Shown piece by piece: positions 20,839-31,993 of a stretch of DNA of 64,000 nt (within the stretch, counting starts at the first letter, position 1; each line of letters starts with the position of its first letter). Where the stretch lies: assembly GCA_049699715.1 (NCBI GenBank), contig JBNAVB010000001.1:808-64807 (forward strand), read 5' to 3'. This DNA comes from Candidatus Pacearchaeota archaeon (lineage in GTDB: Archaea; Nanobdellota; Nanobdellia; Pacearchaeales; UBA284). Both the position numbers and the translations under genes were made by a program. A model generated the notes under the pieces. That model searched no databases and was not told the origin of the DNA. It saw only the letters and a program-made list of their open reading frames with translations.

Positions 20839-21186
20839 TAATTTTCTACTGCTCTACTGCATGACAATATACGAGAGAGAAATCATGTTCATCAGCAACG
20901 TCGGAAACGTTGCAATTCTTCAGATGAATCACAAAATATGACGCTGGTAAGTGTAACTTGCCGGCCGAGTTGATGCTTAGAAAATCTTTTAGGAAAAGAT
21001 TTCCCAAGAAAATGAAACTTTTCTGAGCGCCGAAAATCTTTGATTTTCGAGCGTATCAAAAGAAATCTTTCCTGAAAAGGCAAATGAGATATCATAGTAA
21101 GAAAGCACAACAACTAGACATAAGTCTTTTTCATCTTCGAAAAAGATTTATCAAAGTGGTTGGAAGCGTTAAGCTTGATTAATTTA

Positions 21187-24056
21187 TTAAACTGCTAGAC
21201 GGATGACTTGGCTTAGATTGTGATGAAGGACGCGGCAAGCTGCGATAAGCTTGAGGGAGCCGCATGCAGGCTTTGATCTCAAGGTCTCCGAATCTGAAAC
21301 AGATTGTTCGAAGAGAACAATATTCTTTGAGAAAGCATACGCTGGGAATTGAAACATCTTAGTACCGGCAGGAAAAGAAAATAATAATGATTCCCTTATT
21401 AGCAGCGAGCGAAGAGGGAACAAGGCAAACCGAATCCGCTAGGGAAACTTAGCGGAGATGTGGAGTTGGCCGGGTTACACCTAAGGTCATTGAGTTGAAG
21501 TCTCCTGGAAAGGAGCGCCGTAGAGAGTGATAGCCTCGTAAACAGGATGATTATGGTGAGTGCCCGTGTCCAAGAGTAGCGCGTCCCGGTTAGGACGCGT
21601 GAATATGGTTCTACTAAGAACTAACTTTAAATATGAATCTAAGACCGATAGCGCACTAGTACCGTGAGGGAATGTTGAAAAGTACTTCTAGCGAAGAGTG
21701 CAAAGACCTGAAATCTAGCAGTTATAGTCAGTTACTGCTCTCTACGGAGAGTTGTAACATACGTTTTGGAAAACGGGCCAAGGAGTTGATGTGAGTGGCA
21801 AGGTTAAGTTGCTATGCAACGGAACCAAAGCGAAAGCGAATGTTCGTATCGCAAGAAAGGAACAGTGTATGAAAATGCATTAGTCACTAGCATCAGACCT
21901 GAAACCAGGTGATCTACTCGCGAGCAGGATGAAGCTTCCCTAACGGGGAGTGGAGGTCCGAACAAGTGCTATGGGCAAGTGCTTTGATGACTTGTGAGTA
22001 GGGGTGAAAAGCCAATCTAACCTGGCGATGGCTGGTTCCTGCTGAAATATACTTTAGTATAGCCTCTTGTTAGTTGGCTATCATGGTAGAGCGACGGATG
22101 GGACATGCAGGCAAGTTTTCTTGTCGGTGTCCTTTCCAACTCCGAATGTGGTAGCAACGCAGCAAGGGAAACAGGTGTGCGGGGTAAGCTTGTACACCGA
22201 AACCGGAACAACGGAGACTAGAGTTAAGGTCCCAAAATGTTAACTAAGTGCTTTTGAAAGGAGTCTTGATTCTGAGACAGTTGGGAGGTAGGCTCAGAGG
22301 CAGCCACCCTTTAAAGAAAGCGTAACAGCTCACCTATCGAGAATCAGGGCACTGAAGATTGACGGGGCTAAGTTAACTACCGAGACTCTTGTGTTTTTCC
22401 TTCGGGAAAAACAGGTAAGCAGGCGTGCTGTCTGGGCAGAAGCCTCTTCGTAAGAAGGGGTGGACCGGATAGTAACGAGAATCTTGGCATTAGTAGGATC
22501 ATACTTACGTGAGAGCCGTAAGGGTCGTAAGAGCTAGGGTTCCTCGACAATATCGATTAGTCGAGGGTTAGTCGATCCTAACTGTGTACTTAACTGATAC
22601 ACGGGAAAATGGGGGGCATGTTAATATTCATGCGCTGCCTAGCATCGTTAAAGTTTTCGAGGACACTTCGAGATAAACAGAGTGTATCTGCAAAGACATT
22701 TCTTGCAAGAAGATTGTGGAGTATCGTAATGATGAGAAACGATTGAATTGCGAGAACGAAAGTCTGTTGATTCTTGGAGTCCGTGAAAAGTCGAAAATGA
22801 AGATGTTAGGCAATCGTACCTAGAACTTGCACTGGTGCTCTTGCTGAGAAGGCAAAGATCTGCAAGCTTAAAGCTGGTAAGGGAATTCGGCATATTGGTC
22901 CTGTAGCTTCGGTAGAAGGGATGCCTATATTCGTGTTTAGAAATTCTTAGATGCGAAGGTAGGTTGCAATAACAAGGATCGCCCGACTGTTTATCAAAAA
23001 CGTAGCCAAGTGCTAGGCCGAAAGGCTTCGTACACTTGGTGAGACCTGCCCAGTCGCGGTGTTTAAAACTCCTTTTCAAGGGAGCTAAGACCCGTGAAAC
23101 GGCGGGCCTAACTGTGAGGCTCTTAAGGTAGCGTAATACCTTGTCGTCTGAATGGCGACTTGCATGAATGGTTTAACGAGGTGGTCACTGTCCCTACCAG
23201 CGAGCTTCCGAACCTCTCATCCTGGTGCAAAGACCAGGGACGTCTAGTGGGAAGCGAAGACCTTGTGGACCTTTACTGCAACTTGTAGTTGTTTTTTGTA
23301 ATGAAATGCATAGAGTAGCTAGGAGAGATGAAGCGTAGCTTTGGCGAGGCGGATCGAAAGTGTAACACTAGCTATTTTTTTACAAGAGACTCACTTGAAA
23401 AAGGACAGCTACTGGCGGGCAGTTTGGCTGGGGCGGCACCCTTCCGAAAAGATATCGGAAGGGCCCAATGGTGAGCTCAGCGTAGTTGGAAACTATGTGT
23501 AGAGTGCAGAGGCAAAAGCTCGCCTGACTGTGACTCGCAAAGAGAGAGTCGCAGATACGAAAGTAGGGCTCAGCGAACCTTGATGCTCCTTTAGTGGGAG
23601 CTCAATGTGACAGAAAAGGTACCCCAAGGATAACAGGCTTGTCGCACCCGATAGTCCATATTGACGGTGCGGTTTGGTACATCGCCGTCGGCTCTTCCTA
23701 TCCTGGCTGTGCACAAGCAGCCAAGGGTGTCGGGGTTCACGCATTAAAAGGGATCGTTAGCTGGGTTAAGAACGTCGCGAGACAGTTTGTTTGATATCTA
23801 CTAGACGTGTTGTTGCCTGAGTGGAAGAAGCAAGTAGTACGAGAGGAACCTTGCTTCGAAGCCTCTGGTTTAGCGGTTGTCCTTATCGGGCAGGCCGCGC
23901 AGCTACGCTTTGACTGATAAGAGCTGAAAGCATCTAAGCTCGAAGCAGCCCGCAAAAATAGGCAACTAAGGCCGTTGAAGAAAACAACGTTGATAGAGTT
24001 GGGGTGTAAGGCCAAAGGCAACGATGGTTTCAGCCCGCAACTACTAAAAGCCTCTT
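21187..24056 (+). rRNA. rrl: 23S rRNA (ends approximate)
   Basis: GAAACATCTTAGTACC, AGTACCGTGAGGGAA, CTCTTAAGGTAGCG, sarcin-ricin loop AGTACGAGAGGAAC; flanked by a processing stem (21157-21177 with 24063-24080). Confidence 0.97.
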
Positions 24057-24151
24057 TTTAACAAGTAAGGCTTCCAATCATCACATTGTGCATTTCTTAC
24101 TATGATGTCGATGCTTTTTTGATTTTTTAAATTACTAAAGAAGAAAAATTT

Positions 24152-24472
24152 TTAGATGAACCTTCTAACTTTCTTAATCGTTCCTGAAACTCCTACACAT
24201 TCTAAATCTGTAAGAGTGAGAGAAGCTTTAACCTTATCAACCAATTTTGTAACAATGCTGATTATAGCATAATTTTTCCTGAGTTCTATAAAGAGCACTC
24301 CCGCTTTAGCATAGCCATAAATGCCGATGAAATCCAAGATTGCCTTGTCTATCTTCTCTTTCAACTCGTTTTCGTTCAGCACTTTTTTTGACTTGATGAC
24401 AAGATAATGCCTTTTCTCTCGCAATGTTGGCAAAAGTTTAAGTTTTTTCTCGATTGGTTTCTGTTTCTTCAT
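24152..24472 (-). CDS. rnp2: RNase P protein component Pop5/Rpp14
   Basis: LLPTLREKRHYL and GVSGTIKK; start at MKKQKP preferred over the track start. Confidence 0.85.
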   Translation of the reverse strand: MKKQKPIEKKLKLLPTLREKRHYLVIKSKKVLNENELKEKIDKAILDFIGIYGYAKAGVLFIELRKNYAIISIVTKLVDKVKASLTLTDLECVGVSGTIKKVRRFI

Positions 24473-24489
24473 TTTTTCTTTTTTTATTT

Positions 24490-24801
24490 TCACTCGGGCC
24501 CGCATTTGCCCTTGATGCAAGTGCAATTGCTAATTTTACAGTTATAGAGCGCTGTGCATATAAGCTGATTTTGTGGCGGGCAATCTTTTAGCTTGTCTTC
24601 ATAGACACTCGCCAAACCTCTAGGAACACATTGTTCTGTGCCTCCTGAATTGCAAGGGCAGCATGTTATCTGAACTTTTACACAATCGTTGTCTGTGAGA
24701 CACTCGGCTTGTGGCGCACATCCACTTGCGCCAACAACCGCGAGAAGTAAAAGAATAAATGATAAAAAAAGCACGATTGTTGAAAGTCTCATATTTATCA
24801 T
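24490..24801 (-). CDS. Small Cys-rich secreted protein, putative lipoprotein
   Basis: Signal peptide ending VVGASG-C; CLTDNDC...CCPC...C pattern. Confidence 0.7.
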   Translation of the reverse strand: MINMRLSTIVLFLSFILLLLAVVGASGCAPQAECLTDNDCVKVQITCCPCNSGGTEQCVPRGLASVYEDKLKDCPPQNQLICTALYNCKISNCTCIKGKCGPE

Positions 24802-24892
24802 CTGTTAATAAGAGCGAGAGGATTAAAAAAAGTTTCCCTTTTAATTGTTAAGATATGTGAAAAATGATTGAAAAGTGATGTTTGTCGGGCAA

Positions 24893-27800
24893 TCATGTCA
24901 TTGCTGCGCGGAATGCAGCTTCTATTGCTTCTTTAGGCCAACCTGCTTCCTGGAGCTTGGCTACGATTTCTTGTTTTGTCGCGCCCGTCGTTAAGGCATC
25001 GCGAATATAACTTGTAAGCTCAGGGTACGCCTCGGCTTTTGCTTGTGCTCCCGCCCCTTTCTTCGCCGAGGGGATTATGACAAATATGATGACTACAACT
25101 GCTATAGCCGCTATAACAACGCTAATGACCACATACACAAGCCATCCTATTGCCGGCTTTTCTTCTATTACATAAACTGAATTAAGGATCATATCAAGAT
25201 CAGCGCCAGTCCATCCGAACTGCTGAAGCTGCTGTTTCATCTCAGCTCTTGATGCGCCTTGCTGAGCTCTGGTCTGAACATATTCTGTAATAATACTTAT
25301 GTCACAAGTCCTCTGGGCTGATGGGATTGTTGAATAAGGATCGCTCGTGTTACATGTCGTGCTCATTAGATCACATTGTCTTGTCTGCGTGGCTTGTGGC
25401 CTGCATGGCAATGGCTGCCATTCGCTACAACTGTAATCATTTTCAGAACAAGGCAGCGCAGCTGCGCATGATTGTGTTTGGGTTATTGCTTTAAATTGAG
25501 GACAAGAAGCGGTTCCTATGTAAGTACAATTAACAATTCTTGTTTGGATTCCCCCAATGCATGAGCTCCAGTTTGAAATAACTGGCGCGTCAGTACAGTT
25601 ATAGAAAGTATCGTTGCAATCTGTTGGCGCGCCCGCAACTCCAACATAGAAAGGAGTTGAAACTTGATGAATTAAAGTTTCGTTGACAGGAACTTGAACA
25701 GGCTTGTAGCGCACACGAACTGTTAAAGAGTAAGTTCCATTCTGTGTCGGCGCCTTGAAATTGCCAAATATAGTTTTATTTAGTCTCACTGTGTAGATAT
25801 TGTTCCAATCGCGGCATTTGCATAATGCTGTATTGCATGAGTTACTTGAGGTGTCAAGACAAGCGGTATAGCCTGCATTATTGCCATAGCATGCATCATA
25901 CAATTGGATTATTTGTCCTTCGACACTTGCCTGGCAATATCCTTCTGTTCGATTCCATTTCTGGGTTTCTGATTGCGAAATGAAATTGCCTAGCTCGAGA
26001 GTGGCATTGGCGGTACAATTTTCCCAGCACTCTTGATCTTGAGGACAAGTTAGCTGCTCACCATAATATTTCCCAAAACCTGCTCCTGTAGCGCAGCAGT
26101 GCCCTTTTCTTGAGCATGCTGTCGAAGGTTCTTGGCTTCCATATTTCCAAAGTTCGACATTATCAAAATACACGCGTTGACCATAATAATTGTAGTTGTC
26201 TATCTTGCCATGCGATACAAGCCATATTTCTGTTATTGTATCTTCAGGACTTCCACCGTGCTGTGTCCAGTCATCAAACAAATTAGCCCCGTCATTCAAT
26301 ACTTTATCAGCTGGAGGAACCGTCTTATTCACGCAAGCATCTCCGTAAGGGCATGCCGATGCCGCCCCCCCTCCTAAATTATACCAGTAGTGCAGTGCTC
26401 TTTCAGCATTCTGAGAAGTCTTGCCTTTAACAATAATTTCAAATGCGTAGCCAGTTCCAGGTGTTGTTGCTGGATCTAAAGCTACGCTCCATTTCAATTG
26501 CTTTTCTGTTTGGAAATATAATTCTGGTAACTTTTCTTTTTTATTTTCTTCTTTAGGCAAATTTGGCAAATTCGATAACGTTACTGCTGCATCTCCTGAA
26601 GGAGCCGTAGCACATTCATCAGGCGAGTCAAAATAAATACAAATGCTTTTGCTTGCTGTAGCAATTCGATCATTGTAGGTGCCTATTACAGTTAGTGTTG
26701 TTCTGCCAGCAACTGTTGGTGTAAATTTCGATTTTCCATTAGACGTGATGTTAGCAAGTATGCCTTTAACTGGAGACTGAGCCCATGCAAATGTTGCTTG
26801 ATTTGTTACGTCTACGTTGTCTACTATCATAGAGGCATTAAAAATACTCACGTTTGAATTGCCCCATGCTGTTTTTGTGCCATTATTTTCATCAAATTTG
26901 AATTCAGCAACAAGCCCATTTCTTATATCTATGCCATTGTATCTTGCTGTTACTTCATCAGCAGAGAGTGCCCTAGTGTAAATCCTTACTTCATCAATTG
27001 TGCCGTTGAAATATTCTAAAATAAGATCATTTCCTATTATGCTCCAATTTATTGGAAGTGATGAAAAGCTTGTAAAGTTATCCGGGGTGCCATTTAAGTA
27101 TAAAGCCATATGTGTGCCATTCGATGTCAAAACAACGTGATACCATTGATTAATATTTAAACTAGTTTTACCGATAAGTGTATCGCCCCCCCAGTGAAAA
27201 AAAGATAATTTGTTTCCTTTAAGGAAAAAACCATAACGATTATTTTGTGCAACAATGGTACTATATTGATCTGGAGACCTAAATTTTAAAGGATATATCC
27301 AGGATTCTATAGTGTATTTATTAGTAATAGTAATCGGTCCAAAAACCACTTTAGACTCATTGGAATTTAAATTGAACTGCAAGGCATTTCCTTCTTTACC
27401 TGTTGTCCAGTTTGCTCCGGAAATTGTCCCATATTTAACTTTTATATTATCTCGGCCAGTAATTGTTACATATTGGGTTGGTTTTGTAAGTTCCTTAACT
27501 TTAAAAGCCCTTGTGCCAAGTGCTTGAACAACAGAGATGTTTGAATTAGTTTCAGATGAGATGGTTGAGTCTAAGAATAAAGCATTTTCAAAAAGGACAT
27601 CTCCAGTAGTGTTAACTACTTGAGACTCTATGCCGGCATTGCCCATATCAATGTTAGAAGCAAAGGTAAACCAGCCTGGGAACAATGCCGCATTGAATTT
27701 GCTATTTAAGATAACTTGCTTACAGTTTGCGCCTGCTTTCAAGCAGCAAGTTCCTTCTGGATCTGCATCAATCAAATTACATGTGCCATCACTATAATTG

Positions 27801-28183
27801 TGCCATGCTACAAGAGAATTGTCTGGGCAGATGTAGTGTGTGGAACAGTTTGGCAGGTTAGCTGAAACAAAAATGTCAATTTTTGTGGCTGCTGGCAATA
27901 TATCTTCTACATCCACTTGTAGAGAGATATTTCCTTTCAACCTTTCCGAGGCATTATACTGAATTTTTTCGAGCTGTATTGAAGAGAGTGCTTTGCCTGT
28001 AAGCTGCTCTGTGTTCTCTTCGGGAGCCTTGAATAAAATTATCACTGCAAGGAGAATTAATATTAAAAATAAACTGATTATGGCCTTCTCTAAAGTATTG
28101 TTCTGAGGTTGGTTCTGATATTGAGAAGCCCCTAGGGACTTAACTTTCGGCTTAACTTTTAATTTCTTTTTTAATGCCGCCAT
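24893..28183 (-). CDS. Large cell-surface glycoprotein with LamG (concanavalin-like) domain and Cys-rich segments
   Basis: N- and C-terminal TM helices; WYHVV...LYLNG...FNGTIDEVRIYTRALS; many N-x-S/T sequons; TSP1-like WSSC/WQPLPC...QTRQC. Confidence 0.8.
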   Translation of the reverse strand: MAALKKKLKVKPKVKSLGASQYQNQPQNNTLEKAIISLFLILILLAVIILFKAPEENTEQLTGKALSSIQLEKIQYNASERLKGNISLQVDVEDILPAATKIDIFVSANLPNCSTHYICPDNSLVAWHNYSDGTCNLIDADPEGTCCLKAGANCKQVILNSKFNAALFPGWFTFASNIDMGNAGIESQVVNTTGDVLFENALFLDSTISSETNSNISVVQALGTRAFKVKELTKPTQYVTITGRDNIKVKYGTISGANWTTGKEGNALQFNLNSNESKVVFGPITITNKYTIESWIYPLKFRSPDQYSTIVAQNNRYGFFLKGNKLSFFHWGGDTLIGKTSLNINQWYHVVLTSNGTHMALYLNGTPDNFTSFSSLPINWSIIGNDLILEYFNGTIDEVRIYTRALSADEVTARYNGIDIRNGLVAEFKFDENNGTKTAWGNSNVSIFNASMIVDNVDVTNQATFAWAQSPVKGILANITSNGKSKFTPTVAGRTTLTVIGTYNDRIATASKSICIYFDSPDECATAPSGDAAVTLSNLPNLPKEENKKEKLPELYFQTEKQLKWSVALDPATTPGTGYAFEIIVKGKTSQNAERALHYWYNLGGGAASACPYGDACVNKTVPPADKVLNDGANLFDDWTQHGGSPEDTITEIWLVSHGKIDNYNYYGQRVYFDNVELWKYGSQEPSTACSRKGHCCATGAGFGKYYGEQLTCPQDQECWENCTANATLELGNFISQSETQKWNRTEGYCQASVEGQIIQLYDACYGNNAGYTACLDTSSNSCNTALCKCRDWNNIYTVRLNKTIFGNFKAPTQNGTYSLTVRVRYKPVQVPVNETLIHQVSTPFYVGVAGAPTDCNDTFYNCTDAPVISNWSSCIGGIQTRIVNCTYIGTASCPQFKAITQTQSCAAALPCSENDYSCSEWQPLPCRPQATQTRQCDLMSTTCNTSDPYSTIPSAQRTCDISIITEYVQTRAQQGASRAEMKQQLQQFGWTGADLDMILNSVYVIEEKPAIGWLVYVVISVVIAAIAVVVIIFVIIPSAKKGAGAQAKAEAYPELTSYIRDALTTGATKQEIVAKLQEAGWPKEAIEAAFRAAMT

Positions 28184-28364
28184 CTTCCCCTTTTATAATA
28201 AAGTGCGTTATAGTAAGGTGTCTATCTCCCTTTAAATACATTTCGTTGATAAAATAGTCAAAAAAAGGAGGCAAGATTTTTAATTAATAAAGAAGTTAAA
28301 AAGTAGCAAAGTAGCCAAAACCAGTTAAAGTAAGATTTAAAAAAACTCTTTGCTTTGTGGATAG

Positions 28365-30791
28365 ATGGTAAAAAAAGAGACAAAAGAGAAAGATATAGAA
28401 AAATCTAAGAGAAAGAAAAGTGATAAGGGAGGGGGGAATTTTAATTTTGACATCAGAGAGATAGAAAGGAAATGGCGAGATTACTGGGAAAAGGAGCGGG
28501 TCTACAGATTCGACGCGAAGAAGAAAATTGCTTTCTCTATTGACACGCCGCCACCAACGGTTTCAGGCAAGATGCATATCGGGCATGCTTTTTCTTATGC
28601 GCAACAAGATTTTATTGCAAGATTTCGAAGAATGTTTCATGGCAATATTTTTTATCCTTTCGGCACAGATGACAATGGGTTGCCAACCGAGCGACTTGTT
28701 GAGAAAATTAACAATGTAAAAAGCAAAAATATGTCACGAGCAGATTTCATTGATTTGTGTTTAAAAACTTTAGCCAAAACAAGAAAAGATTTCATACAGG
28801 ACTGGAAAGACTTGGCAATATCGTGCGACTATGACCTTTATTATTCAACTATCGATAAACACTGCCAAAGAATCAGCCAAAAATCGTTCATCGAGCTGTA
28901 CAAGAAAGGGCTAATTTACAAAGCCGAATTTCCAACAATCTTCTGCGTTGAATGCCAGACGCCTGTTGCACAAGCTGAACTTGAAGACAAGCAGGAACAA
29001 GCATTATTCACAACAATAGCTTTCCAAATCAAAGGTTCGAAATCGAGCGTCGATATAGCAACAACAAGGCCCGAATTTCTGGCTTCCTGCCTTGCAATTT
29101 TTGTAAATCCTAAAGATTCGCGATACAAGAAACTCGTTGGTAAAAAAGTTATCGTGCCGGTGTTTGGGCAAGAGGTTCCGATTCTTGAAGACGATTCAGC
29201 AGACATGACAAAAGGCACTGGGGCAATGATGATTTGTTCTTACGGAGACAAATATGATGTTGAAGCGATAAAGAGAAAGAAACTCAAGCCAAAAATTATT
29301 TTTAATAATGATGGCACGATGAACGAGTTTGGAGGAAAGTTCAAAGGAATGAAAATAAAAGCCGCGAGAGAAGCTATATTGAAAGAGCTTGAAGAGAAAA
29401 AGCTTATTGTCAAACAGGAGAAAATTATGCATTCCGTGAATGTGCATGACAAGTGCGGCACGCCTATCGAGTTTTTGACAACAAGGCAGTGGTTTATTAA
29501 AATCCTCGACAAGAAAAAAGAATTGATAGAGCAAGGAAGAAAAATTAAATGGTTTCCAAATTTTATGGTAAAGCGCTATGAAAACTGGATTAACGGCTTG
29601 GAGTGGGACTGGAGTGTTTCAAGAGAGAGGCACTTTGGGGTGCCTATTCCAGTGTGGCAGTGCAAAAAATGTAAAGAGGTTATTTTGCCTGATGAAGAGC
29701 AGCTTCCAGTCGACCCATTGAAAGATAAGCCTTCAGGGAAATGCAAATGCGGTTCAAGTGACTTCGAAGCTGAGCAAGATGTTCTTGACACTTGGGCTAC
29801 AAGCTCATTGACACCTGAACTTGCTTTATCGTTAATAACAAAAAAGCCAGAAAAATTGTTGCCTATGGACTTAAGGCCGCAAGCTCACGACATTATAAGG
29901 ACATGGGCTTTCTATACTATTGTTAAGGTGTTTTATCATTACAACAAGATTCCTTGGGAAAATATAATGATATCTGGCTTCGTTACACTTGGCGGAGAGA
30001 AAATGTCAAAATCAAAAGGGATTATAATAGAGCCTCATAATATTATGGAAAAATTCGGAACAGATGCCCTTAGATTCTGGGCGGCAAGTGCGAAATTAGG
30101 AGAGGATTTGGAATATCAGGAGAAAGATTTGCTCACAGGGCAGAGAACCATCACAAAATTATGGAATGCCGCAAAATTTGTCTCGCTTAATTTAAAAAAT
30201 GTGCCTAAACCAAAAATTTTAGAGGTATTTGACTTGTGGCTTCTCTCGAAATTAAACAAGGCTGTAAAAGAATGTACCGAGGCATTTGAAAATTATGAGT
30301 ATTCCAAGGCGAAGGCAGCGACAGAACATTTTTTTTGGAAAGTTTTTTGCGACAACTATCTCGAGATTATCAAAAAAAGGATTTATCAAGGAAACGCACA
30401 AGAGAAAATTTCAGCGCGATATACTTTATACAATGCTTTTTTAACCATCCTCAAACTTTTCGCCCCTATAATGCCACATATAACAGAAGAATTGTATCAG
30501 CAATATTTCAAAACAAATGAGAAAGTCAAGAGTATTCATCTATGCAAATGGCCGAAGCATGATGAAGGATTTATTGACGATAAAATTGAAAAAGTGGGTG
30601 ATATGGCTTGTGAGATAATCAATAATGTGAGACAATTCAAGTCAAAAAATCAGAAATCACTGAAAACAGAGGTTATTTTAACAATTGAGAAGGAAAAACT
30701 CGGAGAATTGAAGCCCATTCTTGAGGATTTAAAAGCCGTAACCCGCGCAAGAGAGATAAAAGAGGGGAAATTCTCAATCCAATTGCTGTAG
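28365..30791 (+). CDS. valS: Valine--tRNA ligase (archaeal type)
   Basis: DTPPPTVSGKMHIGH, ATTRPE, DVLDTWATSS, KMSKS. Confidence 0.97.
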   Translation: MVKKETKEKDIEKSKRKKSDKGGGNFNFDIREIERKWRDYWEKERVYRFDAKKKIAFSIDTPPPTVSGKMHIGHAFSYAQQDFIARFRRMFHGNIFYPFGTDDNGLPTERLVEKINNVKSKNMSRADFIDLCLKTLAKTRKDFIQDWKDLAISCDYDLYYSTIDKHCQRISQKSFIELYKKGLIYKAEFPTIFCVECQTPVAQAELEDKQEQALFTTIAFQIKGSKSSVDIATTRPEFLASCLAIFVNPKDSRYKKLVGKKVIVPVFGQEVPILEDDSADMTKGTGAMMICSYGDKYDVEAIKRKKLKPKIIFNNDGTMNEFGGKFKGMKIKAAREAILKELEEKKLIVKQEKIMHSVNVHDKCGTPIEFLTTRQWFIKILDKKKELIEQGRKIKWFPNFMVKRYENWINGLEWDWSVSRERHFGVPIPVWQCKKCKEVILPDEEQLPVDPLKDKPSGKCKCGSSDFEAEQDVLDTWATSSLTPELALSLITKKPEKLLPMDLRPQAHDIIRTWAFYTIVKVFYHYNKIPWENIMISGFVTLGGEKMSKSKGIIIEPHNIMEKFGTDALRFWAASAKLGEDLEYQEKDLLTGQRTITKLWNAAKFVSLNLKNVPKPKILEVFDLWLLSKLNKAVKECTEAFENYEYSKAKAATEHFFWKVFCDNYLEIIKKRIYQGNAQEKISARYTLYNAFLTILKLFAPIMPHITEELYQQYFKTNEKVKSIHLCKWPKHDEGFIDDKIEKVGDMACEIINNVRQFKSKNQKSLKTEVILTIEKEKLGELKPILEDLKAVTRAREIKEGKFSIQLL

Positions 30792-30869
30792 CTTAATTCA
30801 GAGAAATTTTTAAACTCCCAATTATTAATCCAAATATAAAATAAAAAAATGAAATAGATAAAATAGAAA

Positions 30870-31964
30870 ATGGAAGAAAGTGAAAAAGCTAAGTTACGCG
30901 AACTGATTGAAGAGCTTGAGAGTTACAGAGGAAGGCACACAGAGCTCATAACTGTTTACGCACCTGCTGGTTACAGCATAAATCAGATAGCTAATCAATT
31001 GCTCTCGGAACAGAGTACTGCAATGAATATAAAGAGCAAAACTACGAGGACTAATGTTATAGATGCTCTCGAGCGGATCATGAGACATCTCAAGCTTTAT
31101 AAAAAATTGCCTGAGAACGGCTTTGCGATATTCTGCGGCAATGTCAGCAAGACAGAAGGGCAACCTGACATAAGGATATGGGCTATTGAGCCTCCACAGC
31201 CGATGAAAACAAAGTTCTACAGATGCGACCAGACTTTTGTTTTAGAACCTCTTAAAGAGATGCTTGAAGCCACAGAGGTGTATGGATTGATTGTACTTGA
31301 CCGTAAAGAGGCTACTTTTGGCTTGCTCGAAGGCAAAAGTATCAAGTTCTTAAGAAAATTGTCAAGCGGAGTGCCCGGCAAAATCAAGGCAGGGGGGCAG
31401 AGTGCTGCGAGATTTGAAAGATTGACAGAAGAAATAGCCAAAGAATTCTACAGAAGAATCTCAGAACATGCTAAAGACTTGTTTTATGATATGACAAAGC
31501 TTAAAGGAATAATCGTCGGAGGCCCAGGGCCTACAAAAGAGGAATGGCTTAAGGAAGGGAATCTAACTCCTGAACTCCAAAGAAAAATTGTTGCGATTAA
31601 AGATGTCGGCTACACTGACGAGCGAGGATTGACGCATTTGGTTGAAGCAGCCAAAGAAGAGTTGGCAGAGGCTGAAATAACAAAAGAAAAGAAAATTCTC
31701 GAGAGATTCTTCAATCTGCTGGGCAAGTCATCCAACAAGGTTGCTTATGGCAAGGAAGACGTTGCCAAGGCCTTGGAAATGGGTGCTGTTGATACCATTA
31801 TAATTTCAACCAAGTTTGACAAAAATGAAGCGCGGGAGCTTGAAAAGAAAGCTTTCAGCATTGCTGCGGAGGTAGTTTACGTTTCAACTGAAACTGATGA
31901 AGGAATCCAGTTCAGCCATCTTAAGGGAGGTATTGGCGCAATATTGAGGTTCGCAATCCAGTAA
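30870..31964 (+). CDS. prf1: Peptide chain release factor aRF1
   Basis: NIKS, YRCD and GGQS motifs. Confidence 0.97.
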   Translation: MEESEKAKLRELIEELESYRGRHTELITVYAPAGYSINQIANQLLSEQSTAMNIKSKTTRTNVIDALERIMRHLKLYKKLPENGFAIFCGNVSKTEGQPDIRIWAIEPPQPMKTKFYRCDQTFVLEPLKEMLEATEVYGLIVLDRKEATFGLLEGKSIKFLRKLSSGVPGKIKAGGQSAARFERLTEEIAKEFYRRISEHAKDLFYDMTKLKGIIVGGPGPTKEEWLKEGNLTPELQRKIVAIKDVGYTDERGLTHLVEAAKEELAEAEITKEKKILERFFNLLGKSSNKVAYGKEDVAKALEMGAVDTIIISTKFDKNEARELEKKAFSIAAEVVYVSTETDEGIQFSHLKGGIGAILRFAIQ

Positions 31965-31993
31965 ATCTATAAAAATTAAAAAAAGATTAAGAA

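Noticed and set aside
21187..24056. Possible introns or insertions in the rRNA genes
   Set aside because: Lengths (about 1.46 kb and 2.87 kb) are normal and conserved motifs run collinearly
24057..24151. 5S rRNA after the 23S
   Set aside because: Only the processing-stem strand and T-rich sequence are present; the gap is too short and not 5S-like
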